NCBI RefSeq assembly: GCF_000150275.1
Contig: NW_002060946.1
Span: forward strand, 2,995,454-3,059,453
Reading direction: 5' to 3'
Source of the DNA: Trichoplax adhaerens
Taxonomy: Eukaryota > Animalia > Placozoa
Length of the DNA stretch: 64,000 bases
The notes under the pieces: generated by a model
Database searches by the model: none
The model's input: the letters and a program-made list of their open reading frames with translations, nothing else
Told to the model about the DNA's origin: nothing
Made by a program: the position numbers and the translations under genes
Shown: piece after piece, positions 1-24,377 of the stretch
Numbering within the stretch: the first letter of the stretch is position 1
Layout: each line of letters starts with the position of its first letter

Positions 1-240
1 TAAGCACATCATTCATGGACAGTTGGGCAGATGTGCACAGCAATTATGTGTCTCATTTACTGTCAATTACGTCATTGAACATTTTGCATTTCTTTCATAT
101 CAGCTTTGCTATAAGCACATTATTCATGGACAGTTGGGCACATGTATAAAACAATTATGTGCCGCATTTACTGTCAACTACAGTACGTATATACTGTACC
201 ATTCTTTGATATCAGTTTTAGTGAAAGCTTAGCATGCACA
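1..240. repeat. Diverged ~111-bp tandem repeat, 2 copies visible, may continue upstream of the window
   Basis: taagcacatcattcatggacagttgggcagatgtg...atttactgtcaa at 1 recurs as taagcacattattcatggacagttgggcacatgta...atttactgtcaa at 112. Confidence 0.85.
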
Positions 241-904
241 GCTGTATACCATCAATATGTAACAAATAGCTTCTATTTTACTAAGTAATCTCCGATAATA
301 ATAGGATGCCCACAGCAAGTAATCTCCATATCATGGATGTGTTTTGCTTTGGTAGTCAGTGGCTGTCGTCAACGTGCCTGAGTCATGGCTACCAGTATAA
401 TTGATTATAACTCTCACAATGCATTTTACAATTTATTACGTTATGGTAGTGCTTAAGGGTTACGCAAATAACATAACATTAATCTCTACTAGCACAATGG
501 TCATTACCATCAACAGCTGCGCATGGTTGTGTACGTGCTATCCATAAAATGATCGTAGGAATAGCCAATTGTAGAAGGATGTTACTTACAGAAAGTCTCG
601 TTGCCAACTTGGACCTTAATCATAAATAGCTCTATGCCCGCTCCTAGCATAAAGAATAATGGCATATAACGATAAACGCCAAATTTTCGCTTGATAAAGT
701 CATACAAATTTTTCATGAGTTAGCCGCAGGAATGATGCCACAAACATTGATGATGGATAGAAGAAGTTGATATTCAAGCATCCATCCACCCTAGACCTGC
801 TGGCTGCTGCTGTTGAGCAAGTTCAATAACTAGAGTAGACTCTGTACGAGAGATATTTCACTAGGAAGTGTATCCAACCAAATGGTATAGGATTGACTTC
901 TTTA

Positions 905-1381
905 ACATTGAACGGTTCTGCTTGGTGGTGTACATTATGCACTGTACTCCACTAACAGACAGACAGAAAGCGCCAGCAGGCACCAAGACATTTCACATTG
1001 ATCGGTTCTGATTGGTGGTGTACATTTTTATGTACTGTGCTGAGTAGTGAGTAGGCTCTACTAACAGACAGACAGAAAGAGCCAGCAGGCACCAAGGCAT
1101 TGAACATTGAACGGTTCTGATTGGTGGTGTACATTATGCACTGTACTCCACTAACAGACAGACAGAAAGCGCCAGCAGGCACCAAGACATTCCACATTGA
1201 ACGGTTCTGCTTGGTGGTGTACATTATGTACAGTACTGTGTTCTACTAACAGACAGACAGAAAGCGCCAGCAGGCACCAAGACATTGATCGGTTCTGATT
1301 GGTGGTGTAGTACATTATGTACTGTGCTGAGTGGGCTCTACTAACAGACAGACAGAAAGCACCAGCAGGCACCAAGACATT
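905..1381. repeat. Minisatellite, 5 units of ~88-109 bp, upstream of KDM5
   Basis: Units start (acattga) at 905, 995, 1104, 1194 and 1282. Conserved blocks cggttctg[a/c]ttggtggtgta and ctaacagacagacagaaag.gccagcaggcaccaag flank a variable middle. Confidence 0.95.
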
Positions 1382-1694
1382 TAAATGGCCTCCCTGCCAG
1401 TTGTTGGCACAGTACGCCTGTTCACCCCTACAGTACTATACACCGTATGATACAGTACCTTTGACTAGAATTGACAAGGACTGAGACTGATGTGCTACAG
1501 TACGCCTGATTACGTAGTCAGCTAGCGTAAAGTAAGTACTGTACTGTATTGAACTGCGGTGTATTTACAATAGTAAAATACGCATTGCTTAATATGCAAT
1601 ATTTTAGGACTCGTACACCACCAAATTGACAGTGTTACCACTATTGGACATATTTCTAGCAAGGTGATAGTAGTTAAAATATGCACGTGTCAGG

Positions 1695-12749
<11,055 letters not shown>

Positions 12750-15224
12750 TCGGTGAAATCTATATAAAACATCTGTGCCTTGATATATCATTCGCACATG
12801 TAAATATATATATATTTTAACGAAGTCTGTATCAATCAATCGACGTATTACAGATGGTTATGTAGTCATGTTGGTGATATAAATGTTATCGTTTTAGGCA
12901 TTGGTGTAGAATTACATCTAGCTTCTCTTTCTGTTGTCAAATTATTATGCTGTTAATACTTATTTACTTGACTATATACGTAGTCATTTTTCCATTAATA
13001 ACTTTTATGTACCGTTCATGAATACAGACAAAAGATGAAAATGCTGTTGTAACTGTAGTACCATACTACATAAGATTACGAATTTCTTCATACAAAAGTT
13101 TGGGCATTCGTTATTAATGTAGTAGTAAAATTATTATCATCAGTTGCTGCATAATATTCTCTGTAGGCGATAATCCTATTTATTATGACTTATTATTGTA
13201 AATAACCTGTAAGTTCAACAAACTTTCACAATTCCACGTTACGGTTATATAGATGAGTCAGCCTAACCTGATGACTCTATTATGTGTACCGTGCACTATG
13301 CAATACTTGTAATTGTACAGTCTAAATAGTTATTGCATTAGTTCATATTATTGCGTATCGGTAAGTAAACGTTGATACTTGTGGCTGTAACTGTTAAAAA
13401 AGCTGAACTAAAGACTTATTTGATATTAACAATTTAAAGTTGTTGTATTATCATTATTTTGACGCAATCACCATTTTATATCTATTTATAATTTCATAGT
13501 CATTAAGATCTAAGTTTAGGAAACTGTAGATTTCAAGTACTGATTAGTTACATGAAGAATATGTTAATGCCTTGTACATGCTATAAAAATGTAGAATGAG
13601 TCCATACAAAATATGAAATACGCTGTGGTGAAAGTATGATGGAATAAGCTGAGAAGTTTATACAGCCTATTCGTGGCTCTATTTGCAAATTACCAATGGC
13701 TGATAAGTTCTAATAGTCTTCATTACCGTACTCAATTTAGAATGAATATGTACAATAATGGTGGATGGCTAATCGAAATTAAATTTTATTTTATAGTGAG
13801 TGCTGTACATGCGAGTATTGTGTGCAGACGATCTTCACGTGTGCGAAGGAAATGAAATAATAGCTTCAACTAGCTCGCTTCGAGTTTAATTACGCGCTAT
13901 GATATCATTAGTGGCAGAGGATATACGAGCTGTGGTATTTCAAAACTAGACCAAGATTAATAAATATAGAAAGAACATTTAAAGTGTTGCATTGTCCGTG
14001 CATTTGAGGATATAAGAATTTCGACGTGCAGACAGTTTGTAGATCGTCCTGCAGTGTCTTGTATGTATTAACAGCTTGAGGCTAAAGCCCGAAATATGGA
14101 TGTTACGCATAACAATTAGCTACTATACAAGTATAGCTACGGTTAACTCACATTACGCAAACACTATTGGCATGCCGGTTTAAAAATTAACAGTAAATAA
14201 ATTCAGCGGACTGTATAGTGATGCAATGCATTATATAACTTTCAACTCGATCACTTTGAAGCGAGCTATTTGATTAAAAATCAACGTGGCTACAGCAAAA
14301 ATGCGTATTATTTGCATAATATTATTACGGCATACTGTAGAGTAAAAGCATACAATCTTAACATAAAATTTACATTATAGTATATCTCAGTGCTAGCATT
14401 TGAACAAATCGATAAGAAATATTGTACTGTACAGTACTATACAGAGTACAGTATTTCTACACAGTTGTAATGAATGGGTCTTGGCACTTATGGGGAAATC
14501 CTTAACACATAGTACGAATGCCGTTTCATCATAACCAGCCACACTCTGCAATTACTCTATCAGTGGATAGTTCGATACTTTCTACTTTCAAAAATACAAC
14601 ATAACAATTGCCGTATATATTTTAGCTAAAATTAGTACATTAGTAATACTGCTCAAAGGTACTGTGTAGTAGTATGGCTCTCATTATTAGCTACTTTATC
14701 AAAGCTGGATCTTAAAAAGGAGAGGGGATGAATTAGCTTGACGCCGCCTTGACCAATATCAAGATAATAGTGATTACTAGAATTGTGGATTAACAAGCTC
14801 TAAACACCATTTGAACATAAATTATTGTGCGAATTATAGAGGCGTACTGAACACTGTAAAAGAACAGTCATTGACCGGAAGGTCTTCTACTATACGGTAG
14901 AGTAGTCCGCCTGTCTGTAACATCAGAGATTAAATGTGCAAAAATAGCTGTCACCCGCTTTATTGTTTAGTTTTATGCTATATATACTTTCTTGATGAAA
15001 CAAGGTGACAATCTATTTGCATAGGTCATGTAGTCTATTAGATGTCAATACCAACGCGTTCTTGATTCAGTATAAGGAAAACTTTGAATCAGAATATTGT
15101 ACAATACTAACACGGATATTACAGTATGATGTACTGTATTAACGTGACTGTAGCATTGTTCTGTAGTACAGTATGCGCATGGATACTGTTCTTTGTATTG
15201 ATTGAGATCTTGACTATTAGCAAG

Positions 15225-17925
15225 ATGGCTACTTTGGAAGACAGACTATTGGGAGAAAAGTTAGACTATTACTGTTCAAGTTCTGAAGATGAAGGTCATC
15301 AGGCTGGCAAGAGAGAATCACATGGCGAAGAAGACGAAGAAGGTGATCATCAAGACCCAAGTCTTGATCTAGACGAGATTTATTCCGTCAAGACTGATAA
15401 GGTAATACGCCATTGTTGATGAAGCTGGCTTGGAGAATAATCAATGCTCGACTAGCGAGAACTAGAGTTGCTATTACTAGTTTCCTAAGTACGAGTGATC
15501 ATATTCTACGTATGGATGTGATCAAGTTATTACTGTAGTCTACGTCGATATCAGAGGCTACTGTGGTTTCATTTTATAAAGTCATCCCTATCGTATACAC
15601 CATTTACTGTAGATAGGGAGATGGATAGAGTGTTTAGACAGTACTACTTTTATATCTAATCTTTCATTGATAATTATATTATAACTAACAATTACCTTTA
15701 GTGTATTGAATTTTCAATAAAGTATAGTTACCGCAGACTCCCTAATGTAAAAGTAGTCTTTGAGTAGCTATTTACTTCCTGGAGGTAGTAAATTACTGGT
15801 ATTACAGCAACTTACAGTAAAAATATCAAGCAACACTTGTACGTCTAAAGCTGATACGTTATTGTGAAAAAAATGGCATATTAACATAGTGTAGTAACAC
15901 TACCTATCCGAATATTATTTATGGAACTAGTAGAAGTTAAGCTAAACGATATACGGCTATGATCATTAGCTCTTGGCATTGAGTAGTTTATTGCTAGCAC
16001 GTGCTGCAATTTTAACGCTGTAGTATATTCCACCAATACGTTACTAAGTGATTCCAAGTCATCATCAGCACTTTGCCCATAAAGAGTTGTAATTACCGTT
16101 ATGGTAGAACTTATGGCCCAAGGATTGTCGATGCACGAGTATTCTATCTAATAGATTCAGGTCATTAATTTTAAAATTACTATTATATCTCATAATTATG
16201 TTTTCCTGTACTCAAGACTGGTCCGAAAGGTGTAATAGAAGACTTTCGACGATATAAACAGTTAGAAAAAGAGAAAAGACATGACAATGATCGCGAAAAG
16301 GCTGAACTTGCTAAGAAGCTTTCTATGGTTTGCAATACACAACAACAGGTACTTCTTACTATAATAGATTATTCTACTTTTAATTAGATAAAATTAAAGC
16401 GCTCTGAAATGGAAAAAATCGTGGACTGAAGGATTATTTAAATATGAATTGCCATGATACAGTGTACCTAATTTGCTAATTCATTTAGGAAGAAGATGAT
16501 ATCGACTTCGAAAATGATCCAATCCTAAAACAATTAATGCAACGAAGACTAGAGGAAATGAAGGGTGCAGCAGCAGTATTGTACGTGTATTAATAATACA
16601 AAATAACTTTATTGATAGATAATTGCTTTCTGTATGCATTTCTGCGCAGAATGTATGAGTTACAAATGATTTTAAGACTTTAGATATAACTGCAGTTTAC
16701 TAAGGATTCTAATTTTATGTCAGACCCAAATTTGGTAAATTATACGAAATTAAGTCCACCGAATATTTGGATACAATCGACAAAGAAAATTCAAATGTTA
16801 CGGTTATCGTACATTTATATAATAATGTATGCAAACCTTTACCGACGTGCTATTTCGCCCGTTTCTCTATTAAACAATGTATAGATTTCTTGGGTTTGTT
16901 AGTAACATCGTAGAGATTAAATATACTACTACATTATTTTCATTTGTACTCTAATTATGCACATCAGTAATATACATACCGTCCAGTAGACCAACAACAA
17001 TAATTAAATGTACCGTTGAAATTATATCAACAATCTAGATAGATAACAGCTAGTTTTTTCTATATTTCAACTGTACAATTTAAGAATGTTTACGTATTAC
17101 GTTATTTTTTATCTCACTCTTTGCTACGTGTTGTACCTTGCAGAATTTACGTAAATGCAAAAACATGACGAGCTGTTTAAACCAACTCGCAAAGCATTAT
17201 ACAACGGTAATTTACATAATCATTTTCATATAGACTTTGAGCGATGTTACCTACCTATACGCGTTTGTTGTATCGGTCTTTTTTAGGTCAAATTTTGTAA
17301 TGCCAGGGCGTCTGGTATACCTATTCTCAGCGCCGAATTCGTAAGTAATTGGAACATTTCGACATTATCGCATCAACTTAAAATTGATTATATTTTCATA
17401 CTTAAGAATCTTGTACGCGAATATACAATTAAATAAGTGGCTATTCTATCAAAATTATCAATTACACTTCCGTAGCAATACACGATGTCGCTTATCATGT
17501 CGTATATTTTAGACACAACGAGGATTGCCGGCGCTTCTTCTATACCGTGATGGTAATGTGATTGGTAATTTTATTCGTATAACAGACAACCTTGAAGATC
17601 GGTTTGACGCTGTTGACGTTGAAAATTTTCTCTTAGAGTACGTAAATACATGTAGTCTGTGGCAGAATGTTCGTAGTTATTGGACTCTATAATGTTGGGA
17701 GTAAATTATCATATTTCTTAGCATCAGTTAAAGTTTATAGTTAGCGAAATATCGGCACTGTAAATATTATTACCACGTACTATGGATTTTCATTCAGGAT
17801 GAAATAGCCAACTTAATAGTGTTAGTAACTTTTGTTTTAATTTTTGCTCTTCCAGGCATGCCATGCTCCCGACTATGGACAGAACATTTGCAGATACATT
17901 AAATTCAGATTCAAGCGATGAATAA
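15225..17925 (+). CDS. PDCL: Phosducin-like protein 1 (PhLP1), CCT co-chaperone and G-beta-gamma binder
   Basis: Begins MATLEDRLLGEKLDYYCSSSEDE; TGPKGVIEDFRRYKQLE motif at 16217; thioredoxin-like C-terminus (VKFC...GLPALLLYRDGNVIGNFIRI); stop TAA 17923-17925. Confidence 0.95.
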
Positions 17926-19503
17926 TGCAATCGTAATATATTCTCTGATCAATAATTTAAAGCCATAACATACTAAAGTTACGCGCTACAAAGTAATAAG
18001 ATAAATGCGGTATAATGCAACTCTTATGAAGAAACAAGGACATAAGACTACCATATCGGTGATCATATGATTTGTCTTATATCAAAAAGGCTTAGTAAAG
18101 TGAAAAGATCGAAATATTTATATTATTTTAAGTTTTGCTTTAGTGCTTTTAAGAAATTCTATCGATAACTAAAACCAGACATAGTTTCTGTCTTGACGAT
18201 CATATTACATCTGAGGTTACAACTTCTTAAACGCTTTAAGATAGATAATTTCTACATTTTATTATTTTGCTGTAAAAATCATTTTAGAGATTGTATAGAA
18301 TGTCTAAAATATAGTTGTATCAACTACCCTTACATGAGACAGATAGTAACTTTGCATCAATGATAAATATTTACTAATATTAAAGTCGTATAGCGGGTGA
18401 AGCAGCGGAGCATTTCCTTAGAATCCTTGAAAGAATGAATCTGTGTTAATCTTACGAAGGAACTTTATTTGTGGATACAACAAATTGTTGATGTATTTCC
18501 ATCGTAATCAAGCATGTAGTTTGTTATTACTGCTTTTTAAATATATGAGCTATATGGATGTAGAATTTCAAATAAAAATTAATCGAACTTATTTGCCTGA
18601 TCACTATTGAAGTATCAACTGCAGAAATCAATTTACCAGTAGCTGTATACCAATATATATCATGTATACGCATATGCACTGGCACTGTCTTGCCCTAGAC
18701 TATAACTCGGCAGTTATTCTGAGTACAGTCCAGGACAAAACGATGTGCCATGCTAAAATATTCTTGCACGCTCTACTACTCCTTCTGTATACCTGTAATT
18801 TCATACAGATTTGTGTAGTATGGAATATCAGCAAGAAAAATTTGTCTTAACTTTACAAAAAATGATTAACTTTAATTCATTTTGACAGAAAAGGTATCAT
18901 CAATACAGTATGCCTGTACTGTATACAAAGTGAAAAATACAGCATTACAATAGAAAATCATAAAAGAAGTGAAATTAGCGATTTTTTAATAACTTTAACA
19001 ACTGAAGCTAATTTAGAAAGATAGTTCTTTCAGCCTCCATTTCATAACTAGGTCAACTACATAAACAGCAAAAGCAGTATATACTACGACAAATCAAAGT
19101 ACTGTAATAGCTATAGTAAATAATGAATAATAAGACAGAAACTACACATAATGCTCAGGTAAGATTTTAAATAGCACCACAAAAAAACTCCCCGATAAAC
19201 ATCTTACAGCTACACATAAAAATGTGCAATACTTTAATATAATAGAGATTGTTGAAATAGCTATCACCTACAGTTAAGCTTTGTTCTTATGATTTATTTT
19301 TGAAATTATGATAACACAACTAGATGATGCATCGTATGAACTAGTGGCTTCTTACAAGTACTGATGTCAGCAAATTTGCTACATTATTGTGTACTTGTAT
19401 ATTTACTTGAGATAGATGTTGTGATACACAGCAGTAATTGTAAATATCCTTCCTGTGTTAGTGTACGCATATCTACTTTGAATCGCCATCTAATTGACCG
19501 TTT

Positions 19504-22500
19504 CTACGCATTCTTTAATTCTTTGCCAATCTTGTAGCTGAGAATTTGATTCCAGTCCAACTTTGAGCGTGTGATCGGTAATTGCCGACGTAATGCTTTA
19601 AATGCGGTATCCGACATATTGTTATAATTTTCAGAAATAGACGTCTATTGCAAATGTAATATTTATCCAGTTATTTAAAACGCCAAAAGTGAATGAAAAA
19701 CAGGAAAAGTAACTATTTATCAGTCATACGCTACAATTTTATCTTACCTGATATGCAGCCTCAGCACTTCCTATCAATTTGACTAACTTATCAGCGGTTC
19801 CTCTTTCAGTCTACATAGTCAGATTATATTTTTGCAAATTCTTAAATTATGAATTTGAAATATCAGACTAATCAATTTACCAGGTTGGTAGTCAACATGA
19901 AATAAACTTCATTATCAGTAGCAATATCATACACATCCGTCTATCCCATTTACCGTGACGTCAACTTGATCTTCATGTTCTTTGGAGGTCACCAGTTGGA
20001 CATTCCCATCTTCATAGTAGTGTACCTAGTATCAATAGAATTAGGAATTACTGATTGCCGTTAATTATTGCTGTATCACCACAAGGTGCTCTGATTATTC
20101 AGTCTTAAAATTCCGAAGCTGACAAAATGGCATTAAAATTTACAGAAATTATAGATTGCTCATAAAAAACAGAAAAAATGCCCTACCTGAACCTTAATGC
20201 TGCCCTTAACTGTTGCAAAATTACCACCACTGGGAATTGTTACTATCCATTCGGATTTCCAACGGCCATTCCTATTGCAATTCATGTAGAGTCAGAATAA
20301 TGATCTTGGTAACTAAAATTTAAGTTTTCAATGCTAAGGTAACTTTTTTGGACTATAAAATACGTAGTACATAGTTCTATATTACAGTTGGAATGGATAC
20401 TAGATGTATCGTGAGGCATCTAGGTAATGAAGAAGTTACAATATTTTTATCAGTCAAACAAACCAGTAATTCTTCGCCTGATAATGATGATCTTCAATGC
20501 AAATCACGATGGTGATATCTGAATCCGAATTACCAAATACAGAAAAAACACCGTGAGGGTAATACGACTTGATGTAGCCACGGATAGCTTCTTGAACTGC
20601 CTTTCTGTATGGTTCTGCTTGGCTATCCATATCATGATCGCGAATGTCTGTCACTTCTTTACGCAAATGATCTAACTTGAATGATCGTCCTTGAAATGGA
20701 TCAATAAATCTGTCATCCTCTATCTGTCCATGTTTACTGACGATTACCTAAATATCGCCACATAATTGATCGTTTTGGTTAGATAGATGAAGGTATAATA
20801 AATCAATCGCGATAAGTAAAAGTCTGCTGATAATCGGCTGTGCAATATTCTTTATTAGTACTATTTGCTGCTATCATCGTTTAACTCTCTTACCAAATCG
20901 TCTGAGTCATCCAACTTTACAGGGAGGAATTGTTCCATGTTGTACGAAGCAAAGGATCTTTTGGATGAAGTGAAGATAAAGATATTATGAATAACGAATA
21001 AAGGTATAAAACATGTCGTACTATATAGATAATCTATTTAAGAAATGGGTCTAATAATTATAATGAACATAAACTTACTCTGCAGAAGCACCTTTCAATA
21101 TGGAATCATTTTGCAGCAAGATACGGACATCTAAAATTAATAAACATGTAAATACCACTAGTTAAGGCAGCTGTAGCGAATTAAAATAGGAAATTCACAT
21201 CGAGAGCATAAGCGTTTGACCCTTGGACAGAGTGGTATACGGCTGATACCACCCAACACCACAGCAGCATGGATACTGATATTGTTAATGTACTGTATAA
21301 ACTATCGCTATTCCTATCTACTGTATACAGTATGTACATTTACAATATTTAAAAGAGGCACAGAGAAAGTAAGTCAGATTAGCTAACGTTACCATTTAAA
21401 ACTTCGTTAAATTCGCCAGGTGGCGCATGGGTAATAAAGTTTGAAGCGATGTTTGCCTATATCGATACATTGATAATATATAATCAAAGTAATAACATCA
21501 AATTAGCGCCGATCAATTTTAGCATTCTATTTTCAATAAAATCATCCACGTTAAATCAACAGTTATCAAGATCTTGTATAAAGTTGAAATGTATGCCATT
21601 CAACTCAAATCAATTAATATGAAGCAGTTGACGTCCAAATTCCAACAATATCAATACTATGCAATATATTAAAGAGGCAAAATATCTTTAGGGATTGATT
21701 TTAAGGTTATGAAAGGTTCGTATCTCTATCTTTGATGCGAATATAGGGATAATGGTAACTCTAGATATCTTGTCTTTGCAAGTAATTAAGTCGTTGATAA
21801 CCCTAATGCGATTATCGCACACGAATTTGAAATGAAACAAAATACGTGTAGCACTTGTGGATGGACGATCGTGCTAGGATTTCAATTTCAAAATGATTGC
21901 ATTGAAAATCGCAATCAAAGCTTTTATATTCAAATATATCGATCGCATATTGTGATTTAAACACGATGATGTTCCATGACTTCAAGGTAATCATCCGGTC
22001 GTCGATCTTGAGAGCGAGTTGAATAATCCATGAAAGCTACAGCGTGTCAACTATAAAGACGGTTACGCGATGTTGTAGAGTGCAAAAAGTAGGAGTGCGT
22101 AGACGTAGGAATGAAGCAGTAAGTCGCAACAACAGCCATAAGCCGTGATTAAGTCATTGCAAAAGAAAATATGCATTGATTGGTAATCAAATAAATTAAA
22201 ATTTAATCCAACGATAAACAAAGCGAAAGTCATATTAAACTGCAAGTAACATGCTCCCAATGGAAGATGACAACGCGTTGGATAGAAGTGAAGATTTAGG
22301 TTGGAGTTTTTCTGAACTTCGATCTTATCCTTTAGGAGAAAAATGAGATAAATCCTGGTGCAAGATCGATATTGTCCAAGCAGCCCTCCATGTCCGCTGC
22401 GGTAATTTTGTTAACCTTAGGTCAACCATGGAGGACCACTTAAGACAGAAGTGATATTGACCGCGAGTAGTCTACCACGCTTAAAATCTCCTACGTTGAA

Positions 22501-22753
22501 AGGGTTGTAAAGCAGGAAGTAAAAGACTGTAGACGCTAGGTGAGAAAGTGACAAAAAGATTCAACTCCAGCATCATAGCAAGAGCATTTGAGCGTCATTG
22601 AAAGGCATAAACCTGTACAATTACTACATACAAGTAAACACATTGGTCTTATGAAAATAAGAATCGTAGGAAGAGACCATTATGATGAATTAAGTCAATA
22701 TGATTAACCTTTTCTTCATCGGAAATAGGTGTTTCGAAACTGTCAGAAGCCAT
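19504..22753 (-). CDS. CAPZA: F-actin capping protein subunit alpha
   Basis: Spliced minus-strand exons give [15 protein letters not shown] / [15 protein letters not shown] / NGRWKSEW / [12 protein letters not shown] / [37 protein letters not shown]. Confidence 0.96.
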
Positions 22754-22792
22754 TGCCGTTCCACCCAACTTTGATGATCGACTGCGCAGCTC

Positions 22793-22930
22793 CAGTACTG
22801 TGTGCTACTACAGTACAGTTTCTACAGTACATTTACTGAGGACGGTGCTGTACTGTACCGTTGTACTGTAGTGTACAGTATAGAACTGTACAGTACAACG
22901 GCAGTATCCCGAGCAGCTACAGTACCGTGC
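22793..22930. repeat. Degenerate TACAG/TACTG pentamer cluster just upstream of the CAPZA start
   Basis: tactacagtacagt...gtactgtaccgttgtactgtagtgtacagtatagaactgtacagtac. Confidence 0.8.
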
Positions 22931-24085
22931 GCGTTTTGCCGTCTGTCTGTATTCGGCTATGCACTGCACTGAGTGAGTATGGGGACTAGCGGCCCATACT
23001 GTACTAGGATAGAGTTTTGATTGATGCATTTCTGCCACACTTGGCAGGAAACCGCTCTAGCGATGTCTTGGTTTCGCAACCCAAGACAAGAATGCCGCCA
23101 TATGACTACACTTTACTCTATTCTACAACATACTGTATATTGTAGTATGCACTTTATATCCCTCTTTTGCTAACACTCCTCATCCAGTTCTGTACTGAGA
23201 ATGGAAAGACAGACGGACGGAACGTGCCTGGTGCGCTACGTTGCTCGCTAGACTCGTATGGACGGACGTGCGGCTGTGTTATTAGTCACAGACAGACAGT
23301 ACCCAGCCAATACCAACAGTCTATACAGTGTAGCAGTAGAGAGGCGCTCGTCTGCTGTACACTATGTTCTTAATGCATTGTTTATGCACTTTGGACTTTT
23401 TTACGCTAATAAAATGGCCCCTTCAAAGAAAGGCCAACCTAATCGACGCAAAGCAATCAATTTGAAAGAAAATTGACAGCTAGACTATCTTAACTTAATA
23501 TAGATTCCTAGATAGCTACGACACACATTCAGTAAAGAATTATCTAATATTGACCTTTTATATAACTTGGTGCATTCTCAACCGGCCAGGTACTGAGTAA
23601 GCAGAACGAGCAGCTTTTCTCTCATGCGATCCAGTACTAAAACCCCCAAAAGGGTTTGCACTGCAGGTTGCGTTTTGCGTCCCTCTTTATGCTTCTCAAT
23701 TTTACTGAGACACTACTATTTTTGCTGTACTTTGCTGTCACTTCTGCGATACTGAACTATGTTCCATGGTTGATTCCATTCATCAATGGGAACTTGAAAT
23801 CAGAATGCTAATTGCTTCAAGTCATTTGTTATGTTTGCTAGGAGGATATTTTGCAAATGTCAAATCAGTTAGGGCTACCGGGCTCGATGAGTTAGAATAT
23901 ATATTTCTTGCCCTCATTACTTTTTGAAGCAAAGTGGACACTATCCTGCAGTCTCTCGATCAACTCTTATTCATCATAAAGTAATGAATTCATTATTTAA
24001 GTAAATCCACATAATTATGAAGGAATAGGAAAGTATTTACAAGAAGTACTAATGATTTACATAAATTAAATTAAATCAGCGTACA

Positions 24086-24093
24086 TGACGTCA
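24086..24093. promoter_or_regulatory. CRE palindrome TGACGTCA upstream of ARH3-like copy 1
   Basis: ATGACGTCAT 24085-24094; the same core lies upstream of all four paralogs. Confidence 0.6.
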
Positions 24094-24377
24094 TAAAATT
24101 CCTACAGACATTCATTCCATGACTGCGATTGAGAAAACAAAACCTCAGCTATCATCCCACCCTGGCAGTACCCATGACCTTATTGGCATACTGTATATCT
24201 CCCCCGTACGTTTAAATAGATTGGAAACATTTCTAGGATAGTCACAACCAAAACTGGTAAATAGCAATCCATCGAAGGAAATGAAATAGATATTCAAAAT
24301 TCACGTTTATACGTACTGTACACTTACCAGAACAGTAGAAGAATCTGAAATACTAAAATCTTCACCACTACACCGTC

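Noticed and set aside
952-1375. Minus-strand ORFs 952-1224 and 1151-1375
   Set aside because: Translations of the minisatellite with no independent coding evidence
905-1381. CRISPR-like repeat-spacer appearance
   Set aside because: The variable parts are related to each other (units 1 and 3 identical), the constant part is ~70 bp, there are no cas genes and the context is eukaryotic
22808-23373. ORFs rich in YSTVQ/CTVLY
   Set aside because: Produced by TACAG/TACTG pentamer runs; the same holds for 47443-47682
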